Assembly: GCA_951406725.2 (NCBI GenBank)
Contig: OX597814.1
Span: 76,570,001 to 76,634,000 of the forward strand
Source: Octopus vulgaris
Lineage: Eukaryota
Reading direction: 5' to 3'
DNA: 64,000 nucleotides
Positions 1 through 13,033 of the stretch are shown piece by piece; the first letter of the stretch is position 1; every line of letters starts with the position of its first letter. The translations under genes and the position numbers were made by a program. The notes beneath the pieces were generated by a model. It did no database searches. It was not told the DNA's origin and saw nothing but the letters and a program-made list of their open reading frames with translations.

Positions 1-1
1 T

Positions 2-2
2 A

Positions 3-85
<83 letters not shown>

Positions 86-88
86 TAG
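2..88. repeat. (TAGA)n microsatellite
   Basis: Directly visible tetranucleotide array. Confidence 0.98.
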
Positions 89-899
89 CTTCCCTCAGAT
101 GCGTCGCCACTGCAATTCGCGCATGAAAACGTAAACACGTCGACTGCAATACCGCTGTACGAAAACTGCAAACCTGTGAGTCAAATTCTAATCGCATATG
201 CTTCCATATTTATACAAATCCTCTCTGTATATGTACATTGCTGTTTCCTCTCGGTCTCTTGCTTATACGTCAATAATAATTATAAATACGAAAGAAACAT
301 TAACACATGTCCATGACGGTATTCTGTCAAAAAGTAAACGCAATAAAGACGGACCCATAACAAAACGAAAACAAAAACGATTGACAAGTAACCGTGAATA
401 CAATGAAATGGTTGATTTATGATTTACACACACTACTGTGCATCACTTGTCCCGAAATACACAGGAATAAACTCATACAGTAAATACCCAACAAAATGAA
501 CAAATCCCACAAGTGCCATAGAAGTCCGATACCCAAAAGAAGAACACAACCTGTACTGCACAAACAACGCACAATACAAAAACTAATACAACAGAAGACA
601 CAAACCAAACCCCATAACATACTGATGCAATACAATATTCCCCAAAGGGGGAAAAATAGTGCACACACCAGTACAAAAGTGCAGCAAGTGATGCAATAGA
701 AGGTTACTTGAAGCTATAAGATGTCGAATAATAATATTGGTGATGACGATGGTGACGAATGTTATCATACCTCAGTTTATGAGAGACAAGATTTTACGTA
801 GAAACTCTGATTGTAACAGGAAATGAGGTTAGAACATTAAGGGAAGGCCTCTCGTTCAGCAGTAGTTCAATAAATATGCAGGCGGATCACAGCTGTTAC

Positions 900-3295
900 C
901 CTAAGACAGCATCAGCAGATAATACAGTAAGGAGGAGGAAGTGGGCCAGGATAGTGATGCAGTGTTACTTAAAAAATGAACCTAAAAGAATGGGGTTTAG
1001 AAAAGGGTGTTAAAACTTTGGGTAACGAAGGGTATGTTTAATGTGACTGAGAAGAGCTAATGCTTTTAGAAGAAAGTAGATGACAGAATTGGAGGTAGAA
1101 AAGATCACAAGAGAACTGGGAAAGAAAGACCAGGCAGTAGGAAAGACAAACAACAGCGTAAGTGATGTAGTTCAAATAAAGAAGAACCTAAAGGAAAAAA
1201 ATAATAATTGCACTATCAATAAGGAAAGGACAACTGGCACCAGCAATTTAAGTGAGGAAGATGTGAAGATATTAGATGAGTTGCAGGAAGTAATGAGTAA
1301 ATAAATAAGAAAAAGATTTCCAGCATTAAAAGGTACAAACATAGGGAAGCTGCCAGATATGACTAAGAAACTAAATTCTGTTATTAGTAGGATAGATAAT
1401 AAAAATATAGTTGACACTAACTTATTGATCTATGCAGTTGCGGTAGTAGTTCCTTGAAGATTAAATATTCTACAAGGAAAGATTAGAAAAGAGCAAATGT
1501 GGAAAAGGAGACTACAAAATAAAGGGAAGATTTAAAACAAGATCTGAGTAGAATAGTAGCCTGGAAACTGAACAAGTTAGGAAACATTAGATTTAAATCT
1601 TCTCTTTAGAAATAATACTTTAATCAAAGAGATAGGATTGGGGACAGTCAAAGAAGAGTTGAAACAGTAGCAGGTAAGCTTTCCAGATATCAGAAAAGAA
1701 TAGATCAGTATCAACAGAATAGATTATTTGAAACAGACCAGAGGGGATTTTATAACCAAATAAATAGTGGGAAGACAGTATTGAAGATAAGAAATCTAAT
1801 GCAAAAGAAGCTAGAAAATTCTGGTGTAACATTTGGGATAAACCAGTTAATCATAATGAAGATGCAGTATGGTTAAAGAAAGTGAGGGAAGAAGTAGTGA
1901 GTTAAAAGCAGCCAAATCTAAGACTAACATTAATGAGTAAAGTGTTAGGAAAAATGCTGGAATGGAAAGGTTCAGAACGAGACTTAGAACTAGGGTACTG
2001 GTTAAAGAAATTTAGTAGTTTACATGGGAGGCTGGGGGAACAACTTCATAACACCAATTTACCGGTGGTTAGCTTATTGTTCTCTATACTGTAGCACCGC
2101 TCTGCTGATGGTGTGCATCAGAAAGCCAGGTATTTGGTCAAATAAGGTTCAGGAGGTCAGGACTCAAAGGGTTAATGGAGTAGTAATGCCAGATTGGATG
2201 ATTAGAGGGAGAACAATACTCCTTATGAAAGACAAAAGCAAGAGTAATACAGCTAGCAATTATAGACCAATGACTTGCTTACCATTAGTAAAGAAGCTTT
2301 CAGATAGCATTTACGAGCACCTTGACGACCAGAATTTACTGCCAGAATAGAAAGGTTGCAAGAAAAAAGGCTAGAGGAACGCATGATCTATTATGTATAA
2401 ACAAAGTAGTTCTAAATTAAGTAAAATATAGAAAGGAAAAATCTAACAATAGCATGGATAGATTATAAGAAAGCCTATGACATGATCCTACACCCATTTT
2501 GAGTATATTCAGTACAGCAGGAAGCATAAGATAACTTAGATATTCAGCAGCTTTTGTAGACAAAAACTGAATTAACAAAACCATACAGAAGAACTAGGAA
2601 GGAATACAATATGAATGGAGGACTCCACCAAAGAGCAGGAGTAGCAAGATTATACTTACCTAGAAAGGAAGGTGGAAGAGGGTTGATATCAGTAGAAGAC
2701 TGCTAGAGTAGATATAGCTATGTGGGTAATAGTGAAGTTTATTAAAAGCTGCTAGAGTCACAGTAAGACATAGGGAAATCAAAACCCCAAACGAAGTTAA
2801 AAACCAGAAAAAGGGACAAAAGTTATCTGTCAAACAGGAGAAGGATTAGCATGGCAGAATCTCAAAGATAGTTGCAGCAAATAGTAGTGAGAAAGGTTAT
2901 GGTTGCAGAAAGGAAAGCTGAAGAGGGAGACAGAAAGTTAGTTAGTAGCAGCACAAGATAAAGCATTAAGAACTAAGTGGATTAAAGCCAAAGTAGATAC
3001 CCAATGCAGATTATGCAAATCAAAAGAGGAAAGTGTTACTTATGTAGTAAGTGAATGTAACATGATGGTACAGAAAGAATACAAGAAAACAATAATCCAC
3101 TGGGAGTTGTGTAGAAAGCTAGGATTTGAAAATACTTATAAATGGTACGAACATGAACTTAGTATGAACATGAACTAGAAAGTAAGAAATATACAATGTT
3201 ATTGGACTTTAACATTATGACTGACAGAGTAATAGAAGCTAGAAAGTTTGATTTAGTAGTAGTAGATAAAGAGAATAGGAAATGCTAGATAATTG
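900..3295 (+). mobile_element. Decayed R4/Dong-type non-LTR retrotransposon
   Basis: Frame-broken Myb-like N-terminus (RRRKWARIVMQCY), RT (PDWMIRGRTILLMK..SNYRPMTCLP; AWIDYKKAYDMI), CCHC remnant and start of the restriction-like endonuclease; 3' end lost at the Gypsy junction. Confidence 0.85.
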
Positions 3296-6200
3296 TAGAG
3301 TTACCTCTTCCGTGACTTCCTTATTCGACTTTCTTAGGGCTCTCTTGAACGTATCGGCAAAGTGCTCTGCTTGTCCATTAAATTTGGGATGGTATGGCGC
3401 AGTAGTTACATGTTGTACAGCGGACATTTTACAAAACTTTTTAAACTCAAAAGACACAGATTGCGTTCCATTGTCAGACACTATTGCGTCTGGGACGCCG
3501 AATCTTGCAAACTGCTCCTGTAGAAATTTTCTCGCAGTTGAGGAGATTGGCTTTTTACACTAACAAATTTCTGGTCATTTAGAGAAACTATCTACTACAA
3601 CTAAGTAGTATGAACCGCCTAAGGAACCAGCGGTTCTTGACCACGGAACATCTACTTTTGGCCAAGGTTCACTTTTTATCATAGGTAATTTTGCTGCTAG
3701 GGTTAGGGCACATCCTCTACAGCCTTTCACTAAATTTTCGATTTCTCTATCCATTTTTGGCCAGTACACATAACTACGCATTATAGCTTTCATCCTCGAA
3801 ATACCAGGGTGCCTAACATGGAATAGCCTCAACATTTTCTTTTGTAATGTTTCAGGAATTACTAATCTCTGTGCATACATCAATACGTCATCACAAATTG
3901 AGTATAGGTTCACATCTTGGTTTCGCTTCGCACTAATCCTGTTCCTATTTACTTTTCCTGTCCACAGTATTCTTTTCATTTCTTTTATGACTTTATCCTT
4001 GTCTACATTTCGTTTTATGTCTTCTAAGGTTACTGATAATTCGCGTATCACATTCCCCATTACTTTACTTTATTTCTCCTTCTGATATTAATGTTGCGAT
4101 TACCGTATCTTCAAATGGCTTGTAGTGTTTCGGTATCAGTCTGGACAAACCATCTGCATGCCCTAGTTTTTTTACGGTAAATATTCCATCTTGTAATCAT
4201 AATTCAATAATGTAGTGCCCCATCACTGTAGTCTATTTGCTGTGTGTTGATATTCCTTTTTTATAACTGTATATTGAAAGTAGTGGGCGAATAAATCTAT
4301 GGAATTTTTTCACACAGAATATGATTGCTAACGCTTCCTTTTCTATATGGCTGTAGTTCCTTTCAGCTAGTAATAACGATCGTGACGCATGGGCTATAAC
4401 CTTTTTACTTCCATCGTCATATTTGTGCAGGAGCACTGTTCTTACGCCGTAATCGCTCGCATCTTTAACCAATAAAATATTCAACTTCGGATCAAAATGC
4501 GTTAACAATAAGTTCGATGTGAAAATGTTTTCTTAATTTGTCAAATACCTTCTAGTACTCATCAGTCCAGCACCATTTTGTATTTTTCTTTAACAAATCA
4601 TTTAGCGGGGCAATTGTGTATATTAGAAATGTAAATTTGATAGTAATTTACTCAACCCAAGAATGCTTGTGGCATAGTCACATTATTCAGCATAGACATA
4701 TTTTTTGTCGCAGCTGCTTTGGCTGGATCCAGTTTCCGTCCATTTTTATCTACTATCTGGCCCAAGTATTTAATTTTTTTCAGATAGAGTTCACATTTTT
4801 CTTCACTTAACTTAAAACTGTATTCTCATTTTTTTTAATATTCTCTTTACGTGTTCTACATGTTGTTCATGTGATTTGTTTTCTATTAGGATATCGTCTA
4901 AATAGGCAATAGCAAAATCACAGTCAATAGCATTGCATCCATTACGTACTGAAATATGGAAGGAAAGCCGTTTAAGTTTAAATTAAGCCACGGTGTGTAT
5001 TAATGATTAATAAGTGTGAGCATTCTTCTTCTGCTTGGATTTATAGCTATGCCCCTGAGAAGTCTAATTTTGAGAAGACTTTACCTCCGTTCAATTTTGC
5101 TAATACTTCATCAGGACTCGGCAATGGGTAGTTATATGAAATTAAGCAATCATTCAACCCCGTTGAAAAATCTACCCAAACTCTTATCTTATTATTTTTC
5201 TTTTTTGCGTAGACCGTAGATATTGCCCAATCTGAGTGGTCCGTCTTCTCGACTACTCCTAGGTTTTCAAGTCTTTCAAATCCTTTATTTACTTGTTCTA
5301 GTGCCGCGGACGGTACATTCCGTTTTGACTTAAATACAGGTGTTGCACTTTCTTTTACTATAATTGCCTTTGTTTTCGTGCAGCAGCCCAGTTCATCCGA
5401 GAAAATATCTGGAAATAAATGTTTTATTTTTCGTTTCAACCCCTCAGCCGCATTCCAACCTTCGACTGAACCAACTATATTCCCATACAAGACACTTTTG
5501 GGCGTATTTCACAAAATGAACAGTTCCATCCAATTTGAGCTGAATAAATTTACTGAATTTTTTAACACGTATACTTTTGCCGTTTTCATTTGGTCACGAA
5601 ATGTCACATTACACAGAAATTCTATAAAATATAATCTTTTACACGTAACACTGTGTGTTACTGTTTTAGATTTACTTAATTTTGGCTTACTTCCAAGTTT
5701 CTTCATTCACAATGGTAATATCTAGTGTCTAACTGCATTTTTACTCTTATATTTTCAATTTTCACATTTACGAATTTCCTCTTTGTCACATTACAATTTT
5801 CTTTCAACGACATCTAGTTTATTCTTTTTTCTTTGTTCCAACGTTTGTCATGGTTTTTCAGTGTGCTTTTACACATCCAATTTTTCCATAACGGAAACAT
5901 TCTGCTTCCTTAAATGGGCAATTTTTTCTTAGTTGTGGACTTCCACATGCAAAACACAAGTTTGTTTCCTAATTTTTGTCCTGTTTGTACAGTATTTTAG
6001 TACACACTTGATTTCTATTCTGCCTGTTTCGCACTTGTTTCACTTGGGAGCAATCTTTATGTTCAATTTTCTCTGTCATGTCTTAAATTTACTATTCTAT
6101 CACTCTTCTGACAATTGTTGTAAGGTTACAGCTTGGTTTTGTTCCAGCTTAGCTAGAATTCTTGTTCTTATTTCTGCATCTTTTTCTGCAGTTTGTTCAT

Positions 6201-6997
6201 GAGTAAATATCAGGCACTTAAACATATCTGAACTTATTACATTCTCTGTTAACTCTACCAGCATATGTAACGTGGTCCTCCTCGTTGTTCTTTCTTTGGT
6301 TCCAACTCTTCCAGTGTGTATTGAGCAACGAGCTTTTCTTGCTATAACTTTTACTCAATAAGCCTATTGTATTTTTAAAGTTTATGTCAGAAGGTCTTTT
6401 CGAGAGTACGTAATTTCTGTAACGCTCATGTTCTCCTGCTGCCATATTCCTTAGAATTAGACGCGTTTTCATATCGTTGTCCCAATTTTTGCACTCTTTA
6501 TTGAAGATCTGTTCGTATCTTCTATAGTACGCCTCGAGGATAACTCCTTCATCTGGTTCATAGTTAAATTCTATTACTGAGTTGGCAACATAATCTGACG
6601 AGAACGTCTTTTCAGCATTTTTGACGACTTGTTATTGCAGCATATGTTGCTGTAAAAGTATTTGTTGTTGTTCTCTCAGTTGTTGTTGTTGCTGTTTTTG
6701 CAACTCGATCAAACCGGTCAGCAGTTCTTCCATAATTTTACAATTTTGTACTACATAAAATTCGCACAAAATGCTCTTGTGAGTTTCGTAATTCCTTGTG
6801 AGTTTATTTAATCATCGTGAGTTTGTTAATTTCTTGTGAGTTTGTTAATTCTTCGTCGCCACTGTTGTAATCTTCTTTTGGACTATTATAACGTCCACTC
6901 AGGTATAGCCGTATAGTTAGACAATTCACTATCTAATGACTATCTACCCAACTGAGTGTCTCTCAATATCTTACGTCACAGTATTTGTACTATCACA
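3296..6997 (-). mobile_element. Gypsy LTR retrotransposon (Mag/K02A2.6-like), decayed, 3' LTR missing
   Basis: Order gag (ATG 6733; EFNYEPDEG..YYRRYE), protease, RT (KVFSKLDFS, YLDDI), RNase H (DASDYG..YSHIEKEALAI), integrase (HPGISRMK..YVYWP, VVDSFSK, SDNGTQ, APYHPKFNGQAE). Confidence 0.92.
6851..6997 (-). mobile_element. 5' LTR (about 6863-6997, TG...CA) and primer-binding site of the Gypsy element
   Basis: Minus strand reads TGTGATAG...TTACAACA, then G, then TGGCGACGAAG (PBS, 6851-6861). Outer LTR boundary uncertain because there is no second LTR to compare. Confidence 0.65.
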
Positions 6998-7034
6998 TAC
7001 TACTCACTATGTGGGAGAGGTGCCCCATTATTAC

Positions 7035-7190
7035 TATCATTTCCATAACAAACTGGTACTTATTTTATCGACCCCGAAAGGATGAAAGGCAAAGTCGGCC
7101 TCAGCGGAATTTGAACTCAGAACGTAGTGGCAGACGAAATACCGCTAAGCATTTCGCCCGGTGTGCTAACGATTCTACCAGCTCGCTACC
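7035..7190 (-). mobile_element. tRNA-derived SINE with Meta-type core
   Basis: B box GAGTTCAAATTCC and core GCCTTTCATCCTTTCGGGGTCGATAAAATAAGTACCAG; many copies in the window. Confidence 0.85.
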
Positions 7191-7236
<46 letters not shown>

Positions 7237-7245
7237 TAATAATAA

Positions 7246-7609
7246 ATTGATGTATCAATACCGGCTGATGACAACGTGTCTCTAAAAGAAATGGAGAAAC
7301 TCTCAAAATACAAAGACCTGGAAATAGAGGTAACTAGAATGTGGAATCTGAAAACAGAAACAATTCCTATCATAGTAGGTGCATTAGGCATGATAAAAAA
7401 ATATTCAGACAAATACATAACAAAAACACCAGGACTTACAAACACATATAACATACAGAAAATTGCACTACTAGGCACTGCACACATCCTACGCAGAACA
7501 CTTTCCATACAATAACCATCAGAGCATCACAACAAATCACAGCACATACCCAAGGCACACAGAGCTGCGCTCGGTAGTGAAGTGAAAGCACGCTATAAAA
7601 ATAAAACTA

Positions 7610-7612
<3 letters not shown>
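7246..7612 (+). mobile_element. 5'-truncated R4/Dong 3' end inside (AAT)n
   Basis: Uninterrupted IDVSIPAD..EKLSKYKDLEIEV..WNLKTETIPIIVGALG endonuclease C-terminus, 3' UTR with AATAAA, (AAT)n on both sides (7192-7245, 7613-7785). Confidence 0.9.
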
Positions 7613-7689
<77 letters not shown>

Positions 7690-7718
7690 TAATAATAATG
7701 ATGATAATGATAATAATG

Positions 7719-7767
<49 letters not shown>

Positions 7768-8285
7768 TAATAATAATAATAATAACTGGGACTTCTGAAT
7801 TCCCATGCTGTATTCTCCATAAGTATAGCCCTGTTTTTCGAAACGTTTTCTATATTGTAACCTTCTTCTTCCTCGTGATCCGCCTTTTAGTGATAACCTT
7901 TTTCTCTCCTTTCTTTTTCTTTCTCTCACAGTCGTATATTTGTTGTTTGTTTTCTTCAACACATTAGCAGCACACCCATATTTACTCGCGTGCGATGCGC
8001 CCATCCTACCTATCCACCCCTCCACCACAATACTGTGTATACAGTTGCACTGTGAGACACACATTCTCTTCTCTACCCCACCCCTTCCACTCTCTCTCCC
8101 CATGATTTCTTTTTTGGTTACGTGGCATTCACTAACACCTTGACTACACCCGGGAAATGAAGCGGCAACCAAACCACAAAACTCCACAATGCGTATTCCA
8201 TTAAGAGGGTGCCTCCGCTCCCTATTTTATTGTTTCTTTATTAGTAATACAGCCAATAATGCCATTACTGCTTTGATAGCAGCGA

Positions 8286-8336
<51 letters not shown>
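8286..8336. repeat. (GTA)n microsatellite
   Basis: Directly visible. Confidence 0.95.
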
Positions 8337-8349
8337 CTGACATTAGGTA

Positions 8350-10016
8350 GGACAGTGCTGTGCTTGAAAAATATCGGAAAAGGCAATTCGGTAGACAATT
8401 ATAGGCCGATATCCTGTTTGCCACTTATGCGGAAGTTATTGACTGGAATACTCGCAGAGTCAATATACGAACATCTGGAAAAAAAAATGGAGTCCTACCA
8501 CATGAGTAGAAGGTTTGCAAGCATAAGTGCAGAGGTACCAAAAATCAATTCCTGATTGACAAAACTGTACTTAGAGACTGCAAGAGGAGGAAAAAGTAAC
8601 TTAACCATGTCATGGATCGACTATCGTAAGGCGTACGATATGATCCCACATTCTTGGATTATGGAATGTATGAAACTATTTGGTATTGCACCGTCGGGGG
8701 AGGTTATGAAGCAGATAGAAGAGACAGTCCATAAGTACTTGGGGATTTGGGAAATAGATAAATTGATGGAGAAAGAAATGACAGAAAAATTTAAGGTGGA
8801 GTACTTGCGCAGACTGAGACTAATCCTTAAATCAAAATTAAGCGGACGGAATAAGATTGAAGCTATCAACACCTGGGCGGTTTCACTCCTTAGATATGGA
8901 TCAGGGGTAATCGTATGGACAGTACACGAACTAAAGAGCTTTGACAAAAAGACAAGGAAATTGCTAACTAGATATGGGACACTCCACCCAAAAAGTGACA
9001 CAGATAGACTGTATGTACCAAGAAAAAGAAGGGGAGAAGACTTATTGGATGCGAACACAGCATTAGAGTAGACGAAAACAACATAGCATGGTACGTAAAA
9101 AATGCCACACAACCGCTATTAGAAGTAAGAAGGTCAGGCTCGTGTAGGATAAAAAATTGCAAAGATAAGCACTGTACAAGAAATTGAAAACGAATGAAAC
9201 TGAAAATAGGTGGGTAAAGAAAAGAATGCATGGTCAATTTCATAGGGATGACAGAGAAAAAATATGGCTGTGGATGACTAAAATTGATTTAAAATCGGAA
9301 ACGGAGGCTCTAATCTGTGCTGCCCTAAGCACTAAGAACAAACTACATAAAATACAGAATAGTCAACACATCAGAAAGTGATAAGTGCAGAATCTGTGGA
9401 CAAAATGGTGAAACCGTATGGCATATTACCAGCCAATGTACGCCACTAGCCCAGAAGGAATATAAGAGACGCCACGACCATATAGCCGGGCTTGTCCATT
9501 GGACACTTTACAACAAATATGGACTTGACAGAACAAAAAAATTGGTACGACCACAAACCCGAAGGCATCGTCGAAAATAAAAATGCAAAGATCCTGTGGG
9601 ATTTTATGATTCAGTGCGACCATGAGATAGAGGATAGGAAGCCAGATATAGTCTTAATTGAGAAAGAAAACAAACTATTCTGGATCATAGATATAGCATA
9701 TCCAGCTGACAACAAGGTATGCGATAAGGAAGAAAGAAAAGTCGAGAGATATGACAGGTTAGCTTGGGAAGTTAAGCAGTTGTGGTCGATGAAAAAGGTA
9801 GCAGTAGTACCAATAATTATCGGAGCCCTGAGAACAGTGAGCAAAAATCTCGAGAAGTACATGGAACAAATAGGGGATGCAATAAGGGCGGAGCACTTTC
9901 AGAAAACAGCCCGAATACTCTGGAAGGTGCTCGAAAAATAAGTTGTTACCTTAGTTCACTGGTAGTGAACAGCTGATACAGTAATACATCTCCAGCGTTA
10001 GAAGCTGTGCAAAGTC
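8350..10016 (+). mobile_element. R4/Dong LINE, 5'-truncated and internally deleted
   Basis: [24 protein letters not shown], then a jump at about 8690 past the catalytic YMDD; CCHC (CRICGQNGETVWHITSQC), RHD, KPDIV endonuclease; (AAT)n tail. Confidence 0.9.
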
Positions 10017-10066
10017 AATAATAATAATAATGGTAATAATAATAATAATTATTATTATTATTATTA

Positions 10067-10104
<38 letters not shown>

Positions 10105-10105
<1 letters not shown>

Positions 10106-10875
10106 TATGTTTGAGTTTTGCTTTATATTTGTACAAGTTGGCTCCAAGTCTCATCCAGAGACCTCAAGAGACAACAGGTTGGAAGTTCATGTTGTTGTTA
10201 CGCCTAGTGTGCCATATATTTTTGGGGGGAGTTTTTGGTGTTGTACTAATGAATGTCTAAAAAAAAAAAATTTTTTTTTTTTTAAACCGAAAATTATGTT
10301 TGTTTTAAACCTTGAGATTACATAGAAAGTATTTTGCGTAGGATATGAGCAGTTTCCATGAGCACTATCTTTTGAATTTCTGCCATTTTGGGTTTCCTGG
10401 TATCTGAGTTAGGTAGCTATCAGCCCCTTTTGCTATCATTCCCAGGGCACCTATGACAACAGGTATTGTTTTAGTCTTCAGCTTCCACATTTTGCTGATT
10501 TCTATTTCAAGATCTTTATATTTGCTCAGTTTTTGGTAGGTCTTGACAGATACGTTTATATCGATTGGGACAGTCATATCAATGAGGAGGCATGTTCTTT
10601 GTTTGAAGCTTTCAATATGATGTCTGGTCTATTTGCATCTATCTTTCTGTCGGTTTGAATGGTGAAGTTCCAGAGGAGTGAGATGTGGTCATTTTCAAGC
10701 ACTGGGGGTGGTTTGTGTTCCCACCAGTTTTTTTCATGGGGCAAATCCAGGTTTTTGCAGATTACCCAGTGAATATATTGTGCAGCTCTATCGTGTCTGT
10801 TGAGATACTCTGTAGGCGCTAGAAGACTGCACTTGGAGACCACATGGTCAATGGTTTCATTTTGTTGCTGGCATA
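10105..10875 (-). mobile_element. R4/Dong LINE 3' fragment
   Basis: CQQQNETIDHVVSKC..RHD, NRPDII, KLSKYKDLEIEISKMWKLKTKTIPVVIGALG; (AAT)n tail on the minus strand. Confidence 0.9.
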
Positions 10876-12640
10876 TTAATGGTACGCGAAATGTGCTCGA
10901 TTCGAATATCACTCCCCCTGTTTTAAATTCCGTGTTTTGTGTTACGAGGACCATCAGTTCCTCGTTGTCCCTTCTAATGAGTACGAAGTTGGGTGTTTTG
11001 TGTTGGTGTTGTTTAATCTGTTTGCTTGACTGTAGTGGTGATGGTCTTGTTGTTTCTGTTGTGTCGGTGTGCGCTGTGAGTGTGCTTTCTGCAGTTTTAG
11101 ATATTTGTGTGTTTGTTCTTGTGTCTGTTTATGTTGTTTGCGTTTGGGGGATTCTGGTGATGGTGATGGTGTTGGTGGTATTGGGGAGATGTTTGCGTGG
11201 GAGGTGTTTGTATTTTTTATTGTGGGTGCTGTTATGCTTTGTGGAGATTTTCTTTTGCGCTTTCTTGTTGCTTTTTGAGGCCTTTTGGTTTTCCTTTATT
11301 TTCACTACTGGAAGATGAGGGTCTGTTGCTGTGTGTTTATGTATGTTTATATTTTTGTTTATGTGTGTGTTTTTGTTTGGTGTGGGGGTGGGAAACCTTT
11401 CCTCGTTTCCCCCTAGGGTGGTTGATATCTTTGGTGTTGCTGGTGGCCTTGCCGTTGTTTGTGGTCCTCGTCCCAGCGTAGGCAGCAGTGGAGGCCTTTG
11501 ACCCTTTGCACTTTTTACCAGTTGGTGGCAGCAAACTCATAAATGAGTAGTTTTTCCACAAACGAAGCAATGCGGCCTTTTGCCCTCAGTTATTATGTGT
11601 ATCACCGTCCAGTTCTGTAGACATATGTGGTCCGGGATTTTTTTGGTTTTCGGGCCTGATCTGGAGAAGTATCTCCAGGTCAATCCCAAACCAGTCCTCC
11701 ATGGCAGTTCTTGTCACCTTTATTGGGACGGTATCCGTCCCCGCCACAATTATACATCCTAGAATCCACCACATATCAAGTCCTGGTGGGATCCCAGGAA
11801 TGCGGACACGTGATGTGCGTTTTCCCATGTGGGAGGTGTACATAATGACTTTGCTGGTTTTGAAAGGGGTCATTGAATGTTTCATAACAAGGGCTTCTGG
11901 CTTAAACAGAACTGAAATGGTGCCGCATTGTACTCGCTATGTACTCGGTGTCATCCCTGTTGCACCCCAATGCCGCTTCAATATCTACTTGGGCTATTAA
12001 AGCCACTCTTTTCATGTCTGGTGAGATGCATTTGGAAAGTACCATACTTTTCTCAACTGCTTCAATTGCCTCTGACGGAATAATTAGGCTGGGCCAGGTT
12101 TCTTCTTGTTTAATCAGTTCCCATGCCTGGGTCAACATTTCATCTCTATTTGTGAGGTCTACGGTAATACGGTCTTTGCTCTTCGCTGCTGCTGCCGCGA
12201 ACGTGTTTTTGTTGTTGGTAATATTCTCGTTGTTGTTGTTGCTGCAGCTGTCGTTGTTGCTGTTGTCATTTTTGCTATTTTTGTTGCTGTTGTTGCCATT
12301 GTTGCTGCCACTTATGTTGCTGTCTCTTGCGTTGTTGTTGTTGCTACCACGACTACTATTGCTGCTACTGCAGTCACTGTTGCTGCTGTTGCCACAGCTA
12401 CCACTGTTGCTGTTACTGCTACTACTTCTCTTACTAAGAGGTTGACTTTGTACTGTTCCAGTCTCGTTTTTCTTCTCCTCTTCACCTGTATTATTGCCAA
12501 TAACGGGGGGAAGGGGGGGATCTTCAGCAGTCAACAGAATCGTGGGATGGCCAGATTCTTGGGACGGGCAGTTTTCTTCTTTTTTCTCAACTCTTTCGAG
12601 ACGCGCTCCGCCATCTTGTTGAGTTATGTTTGATTAAATT
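10876..12640 (-). mobile_element. Gag-like ORF1 of an L1/Tx1-type LINE, disrupted
   Basis: AAGATGGCGG start at 12614, Asn/Ser-rich linker, TFAAAAAK, RRM-like RVRIPGIPP, zinc knuckle CFVCGKTTHL*VCC (CX2CX4HX4C) near 11530-11570; no ORF2 follows. Confidence 0.6.
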
Positions 12641-12791
12641 AAATGTCCATCGAAAATTAGTAACAGGTTCTTGGTGTTTCTATTGACAACTTGGAATAAA
12701 ATGAATAATGCAAAAAAGCACCAGACCGGTGTAAATGTTTTAAGCTGCGCCAACCTGGAGCGTTTGAAAACACGTTCTATGTATTCCGTTG

Positions 12792-12847
<56 letters not shown>

Positions 12848-12978
12848 TGCCCTGATGCAGTATCAGGCAGTGGTTCTCATGGCTTCTCATCTTAACTGAT
12901 TGGAAGTGTTATCATGTACATATTTTGTCTTAGTATAAAAGATGAGCTACAGCAAATATTCTGCTCAACACCACAAAT
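12848..12978. repeat. Short copy of an unclassified interspersed repeat between (AAT)n tracts
   Basis: Matches 26649-26775 (GCCCTGATGCA.TA.CAGG...AAAGATGAGCTACAGCAAATATTCTGCTCAA). Confidence 0.85.

Positions 12979-13032
<54 letters not shown>

Positions 13033-13033
<1 letters not shown>

Noticed and set aside
3280-7260. Gypsy inserted cleanly into one R4 element (the first R4 stops near the endonuclease IID motif and the 7246 piece starts at IDVSIP)
   Set aside because: The 900-3295 copy is heavily decayed while 7246-7515 is intact; a SINE and (AAT)n intervene; the Gypsy lacks its 3' LTR and a TSD.
7537-8187. 216-aa ORF and other poly-L/Y/I/N ORFs (also 9951-10260, 63710-63983)
   Set aside because: Translations of (AAT)n microsatellites.
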